Below are positions 11,167-22,215 of a stretch of DNA of 64,000 bases, in pieces (the stretch's first letter is position 1; every line of letters starts with the position of its first letter). This DNA is from Azolla caroliniana (Eukaryota > Plantae > Polypodiophyta). Below the pieces are notes generated by a model, which was given only the letters and a program-made list of their open reading frames with translations, was not told the DNA's origin and did not search any database. The stretch is from assembly GCA_043228905.1 (NCBI GenBank), contig JBHGNT010000004.1, positions 13,640,001 to 13,704,000 of the forward strand, written 5' to 3'. The position numbers and the translations under genes are program-made.

Positions 11167-14100
11167 TCACCGTAGCCGAAATCTCACTTTCTCTCTTCTT
11201 GGCACGTACCGGAGGACGTGCGGTTTGGTGGGGGTGGATGTCGTGAAGATTTTCGGCAATAGTGTGAAAATCCCATAAAACGTACGAAATCGAGTATTGA
11301 TCACATAATACAATAATTGTGAAGATAAGATTTTAAATAAATTTAATATCTAAGTACAAAATGATGGAGGTTTCAAATGCACTTTATTACACGAGAAACG
11401 GACAATTAAATGTCAAGATATGAGGGTATAAAGTTTGTGAAAGGAAAAGAGAAAATTGTGAGATATCCCACATAGGCACGACAAATACGGCTCTCATCAT
11501 ATATAAGGTAGAGCAAAAGCTATTATCTTTGTGTCTATGTGTGGGGCATAAGAGTGGAGGTGGGCTAGCTACTCGTAAAAGGTTTTGGCCAACCAAAACC
11601 GGACCGACGATGGAGCCGGTAATCCGGCGGCATCCGGCGACAGCAAGGTGACGGCAGCCGGCGCCGGTGAGACGACAACATCTGGCGAGGCACCGGTCAC
11701 CGACGGCATCCGGCGAACCGGCGCCCGGTGACTAGATAAATAAATACACAAATATATATACATATACAAGGAGGGCAAGTAGGGATTCAAACCTTGCACC
11801 TCCGAGTTAGGAGTCAATTGGCTTACCATTAAGCCATGCTATTTAGTTGAATTTTTATTTCTATCATTGTACTTTTATATGTAAACTCTCATACATGAGA
11901 GCTAAAATGAGTGACATGGTTATCATGCACCACATGTAATACATGAGCGCCAAATGGCAAACATGCATTTTATGCATGTCTTGTACCCTCACATACATCA
12001 TATGCATGAGAGCATCTATAAAAGAAGGAAAGGGGAGGAGAAAAAACACGTTTTTTTTGGGTTATGAAATTAAGAAGAAGAAATTCGTTATCAAATTGAT
12101 CGTGTAACTTGTTTCTTAAATCTAAAGATAAAAGTTCAATCAATCTCTCTCAATCATTTAATCTCAACTTCTCTCTTTCCCAATCTATCTTAAGTACTTT
12201 CTCGCTAAAGCTTGCACCAAAGCTTGTACCGACTTTGAATCCTTCCGGTCCAGAACCCCGGCGGTTCCGCCTCACGATCCGCGCGTAGTGACGGATCTTC
12301 ACGACAGCGTGAGCCGCGACGTTATGTTTGACGAGTCCACGTCCTGGTACTTGCCTCCGACTCCAAACCTCACCTCCAATCCGATTTCTGAAGAAGAAAT
12401 CAGCAAGGCTAAAATGCCTCCGCACGATGAAGAAATCGAAGCTCTGAGAGAGAGTCCAATCTCATTTTAGCTAAGCGGGCCGAATGAAGTGTTGGGCCGA
12501 GATGACCACCCAAATGATGAGACGGTGAGTAGTGGAGACTCGGCCATGATGACCCCGCGTAAAGCACCGAGGAGACGGTTTACGCGCAAGGAGAAGGGGA
12601 AGAAGAAGACGTCGGAATACGTTTTCGGTAGTGCCGAGTCAGTTCGAAGCGAATCTAACCTCAAGCCAGTCGAGAAGGAACCTCCACGGAAGAGGTCGAA
12701 ATCGACCAAAAAGATCAAGAAATCAGGTAATCACGAATTACGCCGATCCACCCGCCAGAAGAACCCCGTAAAGAGATACGGGTATAATGAGTACATGACA
12801 CACCATTACGCATACATGACGCGAGTGGCGACAATGTGTGAGCCGGAGAGCTACGCACAAGCGGCGAAGGACGCAAATTGGCGTGCCGCAATGGAGGAAG
12901 AGATGTGCGCCTTGGTTGATGCACTGAAGGGTGTGAAACCGATCAACTGCTGGTGGGTGTATAAAGTGAAACACAACATGGACGGCTCCATCAACCACTA
13001 CAAGGCCCGTTTAGTAGCAAAAGGCTACGCGTAGAAGCACGGCGTGGACTATGATGAGACGTTCGCGCCGCTCGCGAAGATGACGATCGTCTGTGTTTTG
13101 CTCGTGGTAGCAGCGGCAAAGGGGTGGCACTTACATCAAATGGATGTAAAGAACGCGTTCCTGCAATGTGATCTTGACGAACAGGTGTACATGGTACAGC
13201 CCCCCGGATTTCTATCCGAACACCGATTGAAGAAATCCTTGTATGGACTAAAGCAAGCCCCGCGAGCTTGGAACGCAAAGATTACGCAACACTTGCGTAG
13301 GATGGGGTTTGCGTCGTCGAAATCAGACTCATCTCTATTTGTTCGGCAAGGACAATATGGACCGATTAGCCTACTCTTGTACATTGATGATTTAGTCATC
13401 GCCGGTGCCGACCTTGACGAAATCTGCCGCATGATCTGCCGCATGAAGTCTTAGCTTGCGGCATTGTTTGAAATGAAGGATCTCGGCGACCTTCATTACT
13501 TCCTCGGGATCGAAGTGATCCATACCCCCGAAGGCATATTGATCAGCCAACGTCATTACGCGTTGAATGTGCTCTTCAAGTTCAGGATGGCAAACTGTAA
13601 GCCCATCTCGACCCCTCTGGATAGAAACGTGAAGCTTCGCCCAGCTTTGGACAAGGCGTGCAATCCAACATTGTTCCGACAGATTGTCGGGAGCCTTATC
13701 TATTTGACGATTACTCGGCCGGATCTTAGCTACCCCGTCGGCTTAATCAGTCAATTCATGCTGCAGCCTACTACCGAACACTTTCAATGCGCGCAACGGA
13801 TATTGCGTTATGTCAGCGGCACGAAAGACATGGCATTATTTTATCGTGCAGGCGTAGCCGAACAGTTAGTCGACTACACTGATGTCGATTGGGTCGGAAA
13901 CGCCAGTGATCGTAAATCCACATTTGGATACGCATTCTCATTAGGAAGTGCGGCGATCGCATGGAGCAGCAAAAAGCAGCTAACAATAGCATTGTCGAGC
14001 ACGGAGGCCAAATATCGAGGGGCAATTGTCGCTACATGCGAAGTCATTTGGCTAAAACGGCTATTACGGGATCTGCATGTAGAGGTGTCTGATCCGATGA

Positions 14101-15472
14101 CGATCTATTGTGACAACCTCAACAGTATCCACCTTGCGAAGAACCCCGTCTTTCACGACCGGACCAAGCACATTGAGGTGCATTACCATTTTGTCCGCGA
14201 GCGGGTCCTTTCAGGTGAAGTCGAACTAGTGCATGTTTCGACTTATCGGCAGATTGCCGACATCTTCACAAAGCCTGTTGGTCTCGATAAGTTGCGGCAT
14301 TTCTCGGGTGCGCTTGGGTTGCGTCACCTCGACACGCCGAACTTGAGGGGAGAGAGGAAGGTCAGGGACCAGAGCGTGAAAGGAGTGGAGGTAAGCATCA
14401 CGGCGGAAGTGATTGAGATGCGGAATCGGATGGAGAATTTGACTTCGAACCGGTGGAAGAAGCCAAAGACGGAAGCAAGGGCCGTAAGCATAAGAAGGAG
14501 CTGAGGACAGCCGGAACCGGGGGAGATAAGGCCAAGACTAAGACGTGGTCGGATGTTGTCAACGGCCTAAAGACCGAAGACGAGTTGGAGACAGCCAACT
14601 CGGACGAGAGCGTAAACCGATTGGAGGAAGCTGAGTCGGTTCGGATGTTTGATTCGGATACGCGGAATCAACCAAGGGCCAAGCGGAAGAGAAGGCAGCA
14701 GAAGAGGCGCCAACACCGCAACATCAAGGAAGCTGAGGAGGGCCGTGTGAGTAGACAAGCTGACCGAAAGGGTTGAGGCGCGCGGAACCAAACGGGTTGA
14801 GGAGTGCGAGCAAGGCGTGGAGCCAGGAGAAGCCGGAGCATAGATCCGGCGGGGCAAGCGGAACCTAAAGTTGAGCTTGAGGGGGAGTGTTGAGTGACAA
14901 GCTCAACATTGAGTGCATAATACGGTGCGTAACCCAGTGTGTAGACTGGGTGCGTAAAATAGTACGCATAGCGTGGTCGTATCGGTGCGTAAACCGGAAG
15001 GCCGTTAGTATGGTATTCCTCGTAAGGAATAATTTTGGGAGTTAGTGTAGCAGGCTCATTTATGATCATTCAAGTATTGTCAGTACTGGTGTCAGCCCGA
15101 TAGTCAGGGCTTGTATAAAAGGTGCTCACTGAGCACGGTGTGTGTACAGAGCATTATTTTTTGAATATGAGTTTCTTTTATCTGCTCACTCTGTCTCTCC
15201 CCCTCCATATCCATCTCTGCATTTTACTGAACTGTCTTATTCTCCCGAACTGTGCACTCTGTGTCGTACGCACACGCTTCCGCACAACGTATTCTTTTAC
15301 AACATACGATGTACAGAGTATTACAGAGAATTGTTATTTTCTTAATAGAGTTTTGTGTCTTCTCTCTCTCTCTTTGTCTCTCCCGTGTACTGTGTATATT
15401 CAAGCTCTCCATTAAACCTACGTATTTTTCTATCTTCGGTTTTCTACTTGCTTTCGCACGCTATTCTTTACA

Positions 15473-16280
15473 CATGTCATCCTTATATGTTTGGTATACC
15501 TCACGACGAGTGAAGTTAGCTGACAAATGTAATCTCCAGTGGTGGGCATAACATCACATCGCTTCGAGAAATATATCTCCATCCATCAAACAACATGTCG
15601 CCCAATTAGACCCTTACATGTAGATTTTATATAATTATTGAAAGGTACCCACCACCCCCTAAGTAATCGATGTTGAATTCTTTGTAGCCTCATGTTTCTG
15701 ATGCTATAGGAAATTTTAAAAGCAACTCACCAACTCTTCCTAGTCAATGAAAGGTAATATACCACCTAATGAGAACATGACACTGCCAGATGGTCCTTAA
15801 CAAGTTACATATTGGCAATCAAGAATACATGTACCTTATTTGTTACCATTAAGAGACAAATACTTTTGTCACAACCCCCGCAAGTTTTCCTTTCCAAATT
15901 TTGATAGAAAAAGGCTCCCATAACATACCTTGCATATATCAATTGTAATTTGGCGATCCGAACACAGAAAATTATATCGTTTAACACTCACTTTCGAGGA
16001 ACTCTTCGAAAATTTAGAGGCTTGTTGACACTGTCGTCGTTAACATTCGATAAACTAGACTCATCATGATTTGTATCTACTTTAATATTTCTTATTTTAC
16101 CTAAGTTAAAAGGCTCTATCGAAAAAAGTGACGTCGAACTTTGCTCTGGGTCATCGTTTGACTTTATACAGCACCGTTTATTATTAACATGGTTATATTC
16201 TTCGATTGAGAATAACGAGTTATCAGATAATTTAAAAGTCTCAATAGAAAACAGAGAATTTTTACTCGAGTTTGAGGATA
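15473..16280 (-). pseudogene. Putative DDE DNA transposase N-terminal remnant (Sola/DUF7869-like), truncated by copia A
   Basis: Manual minus-strand translation: SLFSIE x3 ... KTCGGCDKSICLL ... VAFKISYSIRNMRLQRIQ ... WMEIYFSKRCDVMPTTG(fs)RLHLSANFTRREVYQTYKDDM, ending at the copia A LTR. The motif pattern is recalled from this transposase family; no search was run. Confidence 0.55.
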
Positions 16281-16543
16281 TTTTGAGTAAGGCTAACTAA
16301 GATCAACTAAGTCCAAAATAGGCTCAAGTTTAGTTCTATAATAAGCACCATGTCCAAAAACATTTTAACAAAAAAAAAAATTACAAAAAATTTAAAAATA
16401 GAATAAAAAACAAAATTATATAAGGGAAAGTCATCTTCTCATTGTCATTATCACATTCAAGCAATAGAAGAGCATAGGAGCATAGAGCAACCAAGACTTC
16501 CAGTTTTCGCCTCCCCGATCAAGTCGACACCAACATCAGCAAC

Positions 16544-19500
16544 ATGAACAAGGTAAAGAAGATTGCTAGGTATGTTTTCTTAACTATATTTTTAGATTCT
16601 TCAAAGATTCATTTTTGTGTTTGTTAATTTCTACGTCCAAAATTCGATGCTTTCTATCGAGTTCTCATAATTTCAACAAGAACTCGATACACTGCATCGG
16701 GTTCTCGTCGAAAGACTCACATTTCATGATCAATATACTAGAATTGGTCACTTTCTTGCTTTTTTTTTTGCTTTTTTTCTCAATGTTTTCTATGTAACAT
16801 TACATTTAAAAACGAATTATTTTTGCCCACTTTTGCAGAAGTTTACCTTAGTTTTCAGGTTTACGTTGTTTATTTTTAAGATTATTGATATATCATTGTG
16901 TTATTACTTGTCGTTTTCAGTGAATCACGACAGAAGGTCCCATCCTTCAAATTGAAGATGCCCTCCCCAACAAAAAAACCCTCTGACACCATGCCCAAGC
17001 TTGACTCACGAAAAACATTTATTGAGTCGGGAGGTGATGGGACATCGAACACTTTAGGCGAAAAGAGTAGTGGGGAGCCGCGCCTGAAGAGCTACCCTCA
17101 TGTCGAGTGGACATTAATCTATGCCGAGGAAGAAGGAGATTTGCTCCTTATTTTTGCGAAATCTGAAGGTGAGGGCAAGTTGCACGTGGGGAAGACCTTC
17201 ACCTACGGCCATGTAAAGAACATCTAATATGAAGACAACGACTCATCGAACCTCTTGTTCGATTTTGATAGCTCGGTGGGGATGCACAGAGTCAAGATAG
17301 ATGAACAAAATTTCATAACTGACTCCTACCACCCGAAAGCTTTGAAAAAAGATGTTCAAACCAAAAAAATTTGATTGTTTCTTTGCGCCCTTATATTAAG
17401 GGAGAGTCACGCAAGCAACCACACCACCAAAATCTGCCAATAAATCAAAACCAGAACATAAGAAGTACAAGAAAAGCCAGCAACTTGAGGAGGATGAGCC
17501 CGAGTTACTTGAGTTCGTGGAAGATGAGGAGGAAGATATCGAGCTCGAAGTTATTCCTTTAGGGGCCACATTGCATCGGGAATACTCACCTCAGAGCAAA
17601 ATCAGATCAAAGAAAACATTGTAAAGACGAAGCTTGTCCATAAAGGACAACTATTTCACTTTCCGATCTCCTCTATTCAGAGGCCACCCATTGATCCTGA
17701 AACAGGAAGAAGAGTTCTAGAAATAAGAGAGCCACATTCATCGCATGTGCAAAACTTAAAAAGCAAAATGAAGATAAATCCACATGTCACTATACTGCCA
17801 TTCTTAGTAATGGTAGACCCTGATTAGTGCCCAACTGTTGCTGACTTTAAGTACAGTTCGGTTGATGACTACACATACTACGTGATTGGAGGATCCCACT
17901 CGGCTAAAGCTCGACATCAACTTGTGAAGGAGTATCCTCTTACCCCATTCTTCAAATATGCAGAATGTAAAGTGTACGTCAGCCTTACACATGATGAAGC
18001 CAAGTTGCTAGCTTGGGATCATAACAATGATAATGACTACAGACAGAAGATGTCATGTATTGAGCGCATCAAGTTCTTCCATCACGAGTACCTTGATGCG
18101 TTGCAAAAATTTTGTCCTAGGCTGCATCCTAGATTGCGACGACAATGTCTACTTGAAATGGGGATAGTGTCACACGATACAATGACATAAAATATATAGT
18201 TGAAGAGGATTGAATTTGCAACCTCACATCAACAATACATCATGCTCAACCATCTTGATATGAGCATTGTATAAGATATATTTGATCTACATATCATTGT
18301 ATAAGATGTACATGATCTAGGTATACTCACTAGACATCTAGAAAGTGCCAAGGTTCTAGAAGATTTTCTAAGAATATTCTTCAAAATATTCTAATGCATG
18401 TACTTCAACTTAGAGTATAAATACTTGTAACCATATTGGTCCCTTTCAAAGGATTCAACGCTAGTCATTGACACATCGATCTAGTATTCTTGTTTAGCCC
18501 CATCTTCTCTCCTTGATTTACATCACTATCTTTATGCTCTTGTATTGTTCCTAGCGTTTAAGTTCCTCATCTCATCCCTCCCAACTTCCCAAGTTTCTAT
18601 CCTCATCATGTCAAGTTCCACGTTAGTAACCTTTTTGGTCGTAGCCTCGTCATCTGTGCTTTGTCATAGTCTAGTGTTGGTGTGTCCGTGATAGATAGCA
18701 GTTGACGAAAGCACCAAGTCTAAAGGGCTGAGGAAATATGACTCGTGATTTCAACTTGCGTTCAGAACAGGGGAGGTGTGGAACCTCCAAGATCAAATTT
18801 TTAGTATGTGGGAACGAAAAGAAATAAAGGGTCAAAGATCAAAGAAGGCTAAGCTCGACCCACAAGTGGAGATAAAGTCTAAGTCACATAAAAGTGACTT
18901 AGTAATTGAAGAATTAACCGAGGATATGAAGTTTCTTCCTTGGTGGTCATTGCAAGGAATCAAAGATGACAGATTATTAATATCTATATTATCAAGAGTG
19001 GTCGCCAAGGAGTTCAGCCTTGATGAAATGGTCACAAAGTTTCAAAAGTGAGTAATTTATGTGATGATTTATTTTCATTGTATTGATTTGTTGATTTTCT
19101 CTTTATTCTAACCTTACTTTCTTTTAATTTTTAGCCATAAGGTTTATATGAAGATACAATAGCTGATGATGAAAACAAATTCCCTGCCTATGTGGAAGAG
19201 GTGGAGCAATCGTGCCCCAAAACATCATCATACAAGGCTCTTAAAGAATTCTTCATTGTGTTTAGAGAATGGGTATGTATGTTCTACAAATATTAATTGA
19301 TTTTAGGATAATGGGTATCTTCTTACAAAACGTATAATTACAGAAACCACCTCGCTCAAAGAAAATGGGTGACAGCAATGAAGGCATACCAAGCGCCTTC
19401 ATCACCCATTTGGAACAAGCAAAATATGAGAAATGAATGACAAAAGGAAAGGAGCTCGAGGTGCCTGAGGACTCAGATACTGTGAAAAGTTTTTTGCACA

Positions 19501-20593
19501 AGGTTGATCCTTTTCAACAACTGTACTATAGTGTTTATAATGGTGATGTGGGTAATATGCTTGACATATTACCCAAGAGACATTGTACATTGCTCATTGC
19601 GGATATACCGTATGGATTCCGGATATCGGGCTCTACATACGACGATGTACCATAAAAATATCCGCAAATAGAGAAGATGGTAAAAGACTTTGCAGAGCTG
19701 ATCCTGGCTCCATTATAGCGAATCATTATATTTCATAGTATGGGTCAGGCTTTATCGATCACTATTGCATTGAAGTTGAGATGCCATGCTACCGAACACA
19801 TGCATTGGTAAGCTTTATGTTACTATATATTTAATATATGGATTCTATGATGCTTACTACATATATATTAACTTGTTTCAATTAAATTACAAAATAGGGT
19901 TAAAACAAACATAACATGTACCCCGGGTGATTGAATGGTGAGCGTTGTGGAGCCTTTGTGTGTGGGATATTACGACGCTATTTCGAAGAAGGCTGGGGCA
20001 CATGTGAATGAGTTGAACATCGTCAACTATATCATGTGGCTAGCTGTAACGAAGAAATTGTGCCATGTGTCTGGCGACAAGAGTCTTGTAAACCCATATC
20101 AAAAGCCCCAGCGATTGATTAATCGATTGGTCGAGTTGTTCTCGAACCTTGATGATTGGGTGCTCGACTTATTTTCTGGTACATGTAATCTCATAAGTCT
20201 AATCAATTTTTCTTAAAATAAAATAGAATTTCTTGGCTTTGCTTTCTTACTTTTGCATGTGTGATTGTTTGTTTAGGAACAACGACTATGTGCACTCTTA
20301 AATTGTTCAAGAACTACATTGCATCTGAGAAGGACCCCGGGCAAGTCAATTTTATTAAGATGAGGATCCAAGGCATCTGGGATTGTCCCGACCAGGACCA
20401 AGAGCTTTGGGTAAAGCATATCAATGAAACTGAGATGTTTCAACTAACCTCCAGAGAGCCGACGGAACCTATAGACGAAGGAGGGGCCCTTGTCGACCTT
20501 GAAGATGCACCAAGGTCTGATCAAATACAAGATTCAGCTGAGGAGACAGAACATCAGCTGATCTTGGAGAGCAGCCTGTTCCAGACCTCCTAA
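16544..20593 (+). pseudogene. Intron-containing ParB-like domain + beta-class N6-adenine/N4-cytosine DNA methyltransferase gene, inactivated
   Basis: Exons 16544-16569, 16921-19047 (minus the solo LTR), 19135-19272, 19344-19807, 19898-20184 and 20277-20593, with GT-AG introns that rejoin the frame. ParB-like YVIGGSHSAKARHQL. MTase motifs VYNGDV...LLIADIPYG, NPYQKPQRLINRLVELFS, WVLDLFSGT[G]TT, YIASEKDP...IKMRI. Confidence 0.82.
18168..18693 (+). mobile_element. Solo LTR (chromovirus-related) inserted in the ParB-MTase gene
   Basis: TGTCAC...GTGATA termini; TSD GATAG at 18163-18167 and 18694-18698. The 3' end matches the LTR end at 2131-2183. Removing it restores the frame LLEMGI-AVDESTKS. Confidence 0.88.
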
Positions 20594-21415
20594 TGGAGTG
20601 ATTATATAATACTTTGTACTTGTAACTAAAAACTTGTAACCCCAAACTTGTTTTGTAATATAAGATGTTTTTGTTTGAGTACCATTTCTTTACACTATTC
20701 GATTGGTGTCTTGAACTTTAAGTGTCTATTATATGTTTGCAAAGGTTGACTCGTAAAGTATGTGGTTAAGTATAATTTTCATTGATAGAAGATGATGACC
20801 TATCCACAGTATGACAAATGTTGGTTCTAATTGTTTCTTGATTAATATAATTGAATTTAGCTTTAGTGTATGATCTATGTTGTCTTTAATCTTGGTTATT
20901 GAGTTTCTAGTAAACACAATAATATAGGGTCAACGTTGTTGATCACTTGATAATACATTAACGTTATTCATGTATGATATAATGTTCGTAGTAGTTTCTG
21001 GGCATGTGTGGTATATCATGCAATATTCTTCAAAAATGCTATTTACTAATTCAATGTAACAATCTTTATAGGATTTTGAGACAAATATAGCAACAAAATT
21101 GCATTTCTAAATTTCTTAAGTTGGATTCGAATTCAACATTATGTACAATGAAGCATATTACAATTATGGTGGGGATGCATTCCCGTAATCTAACCTAACA
21201 ATCGGATAAATTTGTGTATGAATTGAGAAAATATAGGTTAAATTTGAAATCTTGATAATACTAACTGTAGTTTTTAGTGACGTTTTTAAAAGTCGTGTGC
21301 ACATGTGTTATACATTCTTGAAAGTTTGTTCAAAAATAGTAATTCTTGACATCTCATGTATTTATCAATAAAGGAATGTGACATATTGCCTGTTCTAAAT
21401 GACCCGGTGTTCACT

Positions 21416-21975
21416 AGATTCCTCTATAAATGAGGCCTTTTTGCAACGCCAATGTATCATGACATAGGACAAATGTGGAGGCTCACGCTTCACACATTAT
21501 ACTACACATGTTGCACATAACTACAAAACCATATTCTTTGCAGAATGGGGAAACCGTACACATTGATACATGTTAGAGCCCATACCGTTATCTGCCATTC
21601 GAACCATTGCTTCCATGCGACTTAGCTCATATACATTGCGATGTGAGACAAGGCGTTTGGGCACAAGTGATGAGAGTGGTCGGCTATGCACACTTTGCCC
21701 TAAACAAGTTCGCGAGTCTGAGTATCACACTTTGATACGATTGGAACAGGCTGCTCTCTTCGACCATATTCGACCATGCTTTCCACATCTCTTCGACTAA
21801 GCCCAATCCTTGCATGAATTCCTCTCACAACCACAATGTGCACTCTTGATTGCAACATTCATTGGTAAAGTTCTTGAACATTGAGAGTCACTACTCACTT
21901 TCACTCGTATCACGTGAAATTCAATATTTTTTGTCTCATAGGTCGTATTTGACCTCCGAAGACGATAATATAATC
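21416..21975 (+). mobile_element. 5'-truncated LINE 3' end (RT C-terminal zinc-binding region)
   Basis: RLSSYTLRCETRRLG...RLCTLC...ESEYHTLI...FDHIR matches the non-LTR ORF2 C-terminal pattern. It is followed by a low-complexity (TC)n tract. Confidence 0.7.
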
Positions 21976-22166
21976 TCTCTCTCTCTCTCTCGATCTCGAT
22001 CTCTCTTGATCTCATTTCACGTTGCCTCACCTACTTGAATTATATTGCATACCTACTTCTCGTCATTGAATGTCACCTAATTTGGATATACATCACTTTT
22101 CTAACCAATGCGGCCCACCTCACACCATGATGCCTCATCCTGACACCCACACTCACTCACTCCACC

Positions 22167-22167
<1 letters not shown>

Positions 22168-22212
<45 letters not shown>
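22168..22212 (+). repeat. (GT)n microsatellite
   Basis: About 22 GT units. Confidence 0.95.

Positions 22213-22215
<3 letters not shown>

Larger units (their letters stand above)
5031..12306 (+). mobile_element. Ty3/gypsy LTR retrotransposon C (non-chromovirus; LTRs 5031-5994 and 11239-12306)
   Basis: TGTCGTGAAG...CTTCACGACA termini on both LTRs. 4-bp TSD ACGT/GCGT (5027-5030, 12307-12310) restores the host frame QARVSRD. PBS at 6003-6020; purine tract before 11239; PR-RT-RH-IN order. Confidence 0.93.
2796..14776 (+). pseudogene. copia B gag-pol, degenerate, interrupted by gypsy C (5031-12306)
   Basis: Gag (NYASWSYKMHQYL), zinc knuckle CWYCGKKGHKESEC, protease WYMDSGASNHM, integrase (LRSDGGKEY), RT ([15 protein letters not shown]) and RNase H. 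Many stops and frameshifts. Confidence 0.92.
2665..15301 (+). mobile_element. Ty1/copia LTR retrotransposon B (5' LTR truncated to ~2665-2740; 3' LTR 14888-15301), inserted in the LTR of A
   Basis: TSD ACATA at 2660-2664 and 15302-15306. Both LTRs start TGTTGAGTGACAAGCTCAACATTGA. PPT lies before 14888. Domain order is gag-PR-IN-RT-RH. Confidence 0.93.
1..15472 (+). mobile_element. Ty1/copia LTR retrotransposon A (3' part; 3' LTR at 1649-1715, 2503-2664 and 15302-15472, split by two insertions)
   Basis: RT/RNase H remnants ([53 protein letters not shown]). PPT AGGGGGAG 1641-1648 is followed by TG at 1649. The LTR is similar to the copia F LTR and ends ...TTTACA at 15472. The 5' half lies outside the window. 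Confidence 0.9.

Noticed and set aside
16544-20593. Bacterial contamination or a restriction-modification system
   Set aside because: It has spliceosomal introns, a plant solo LTR insertion and contiguity with plant TEs; no restriction endonuclease was seen.
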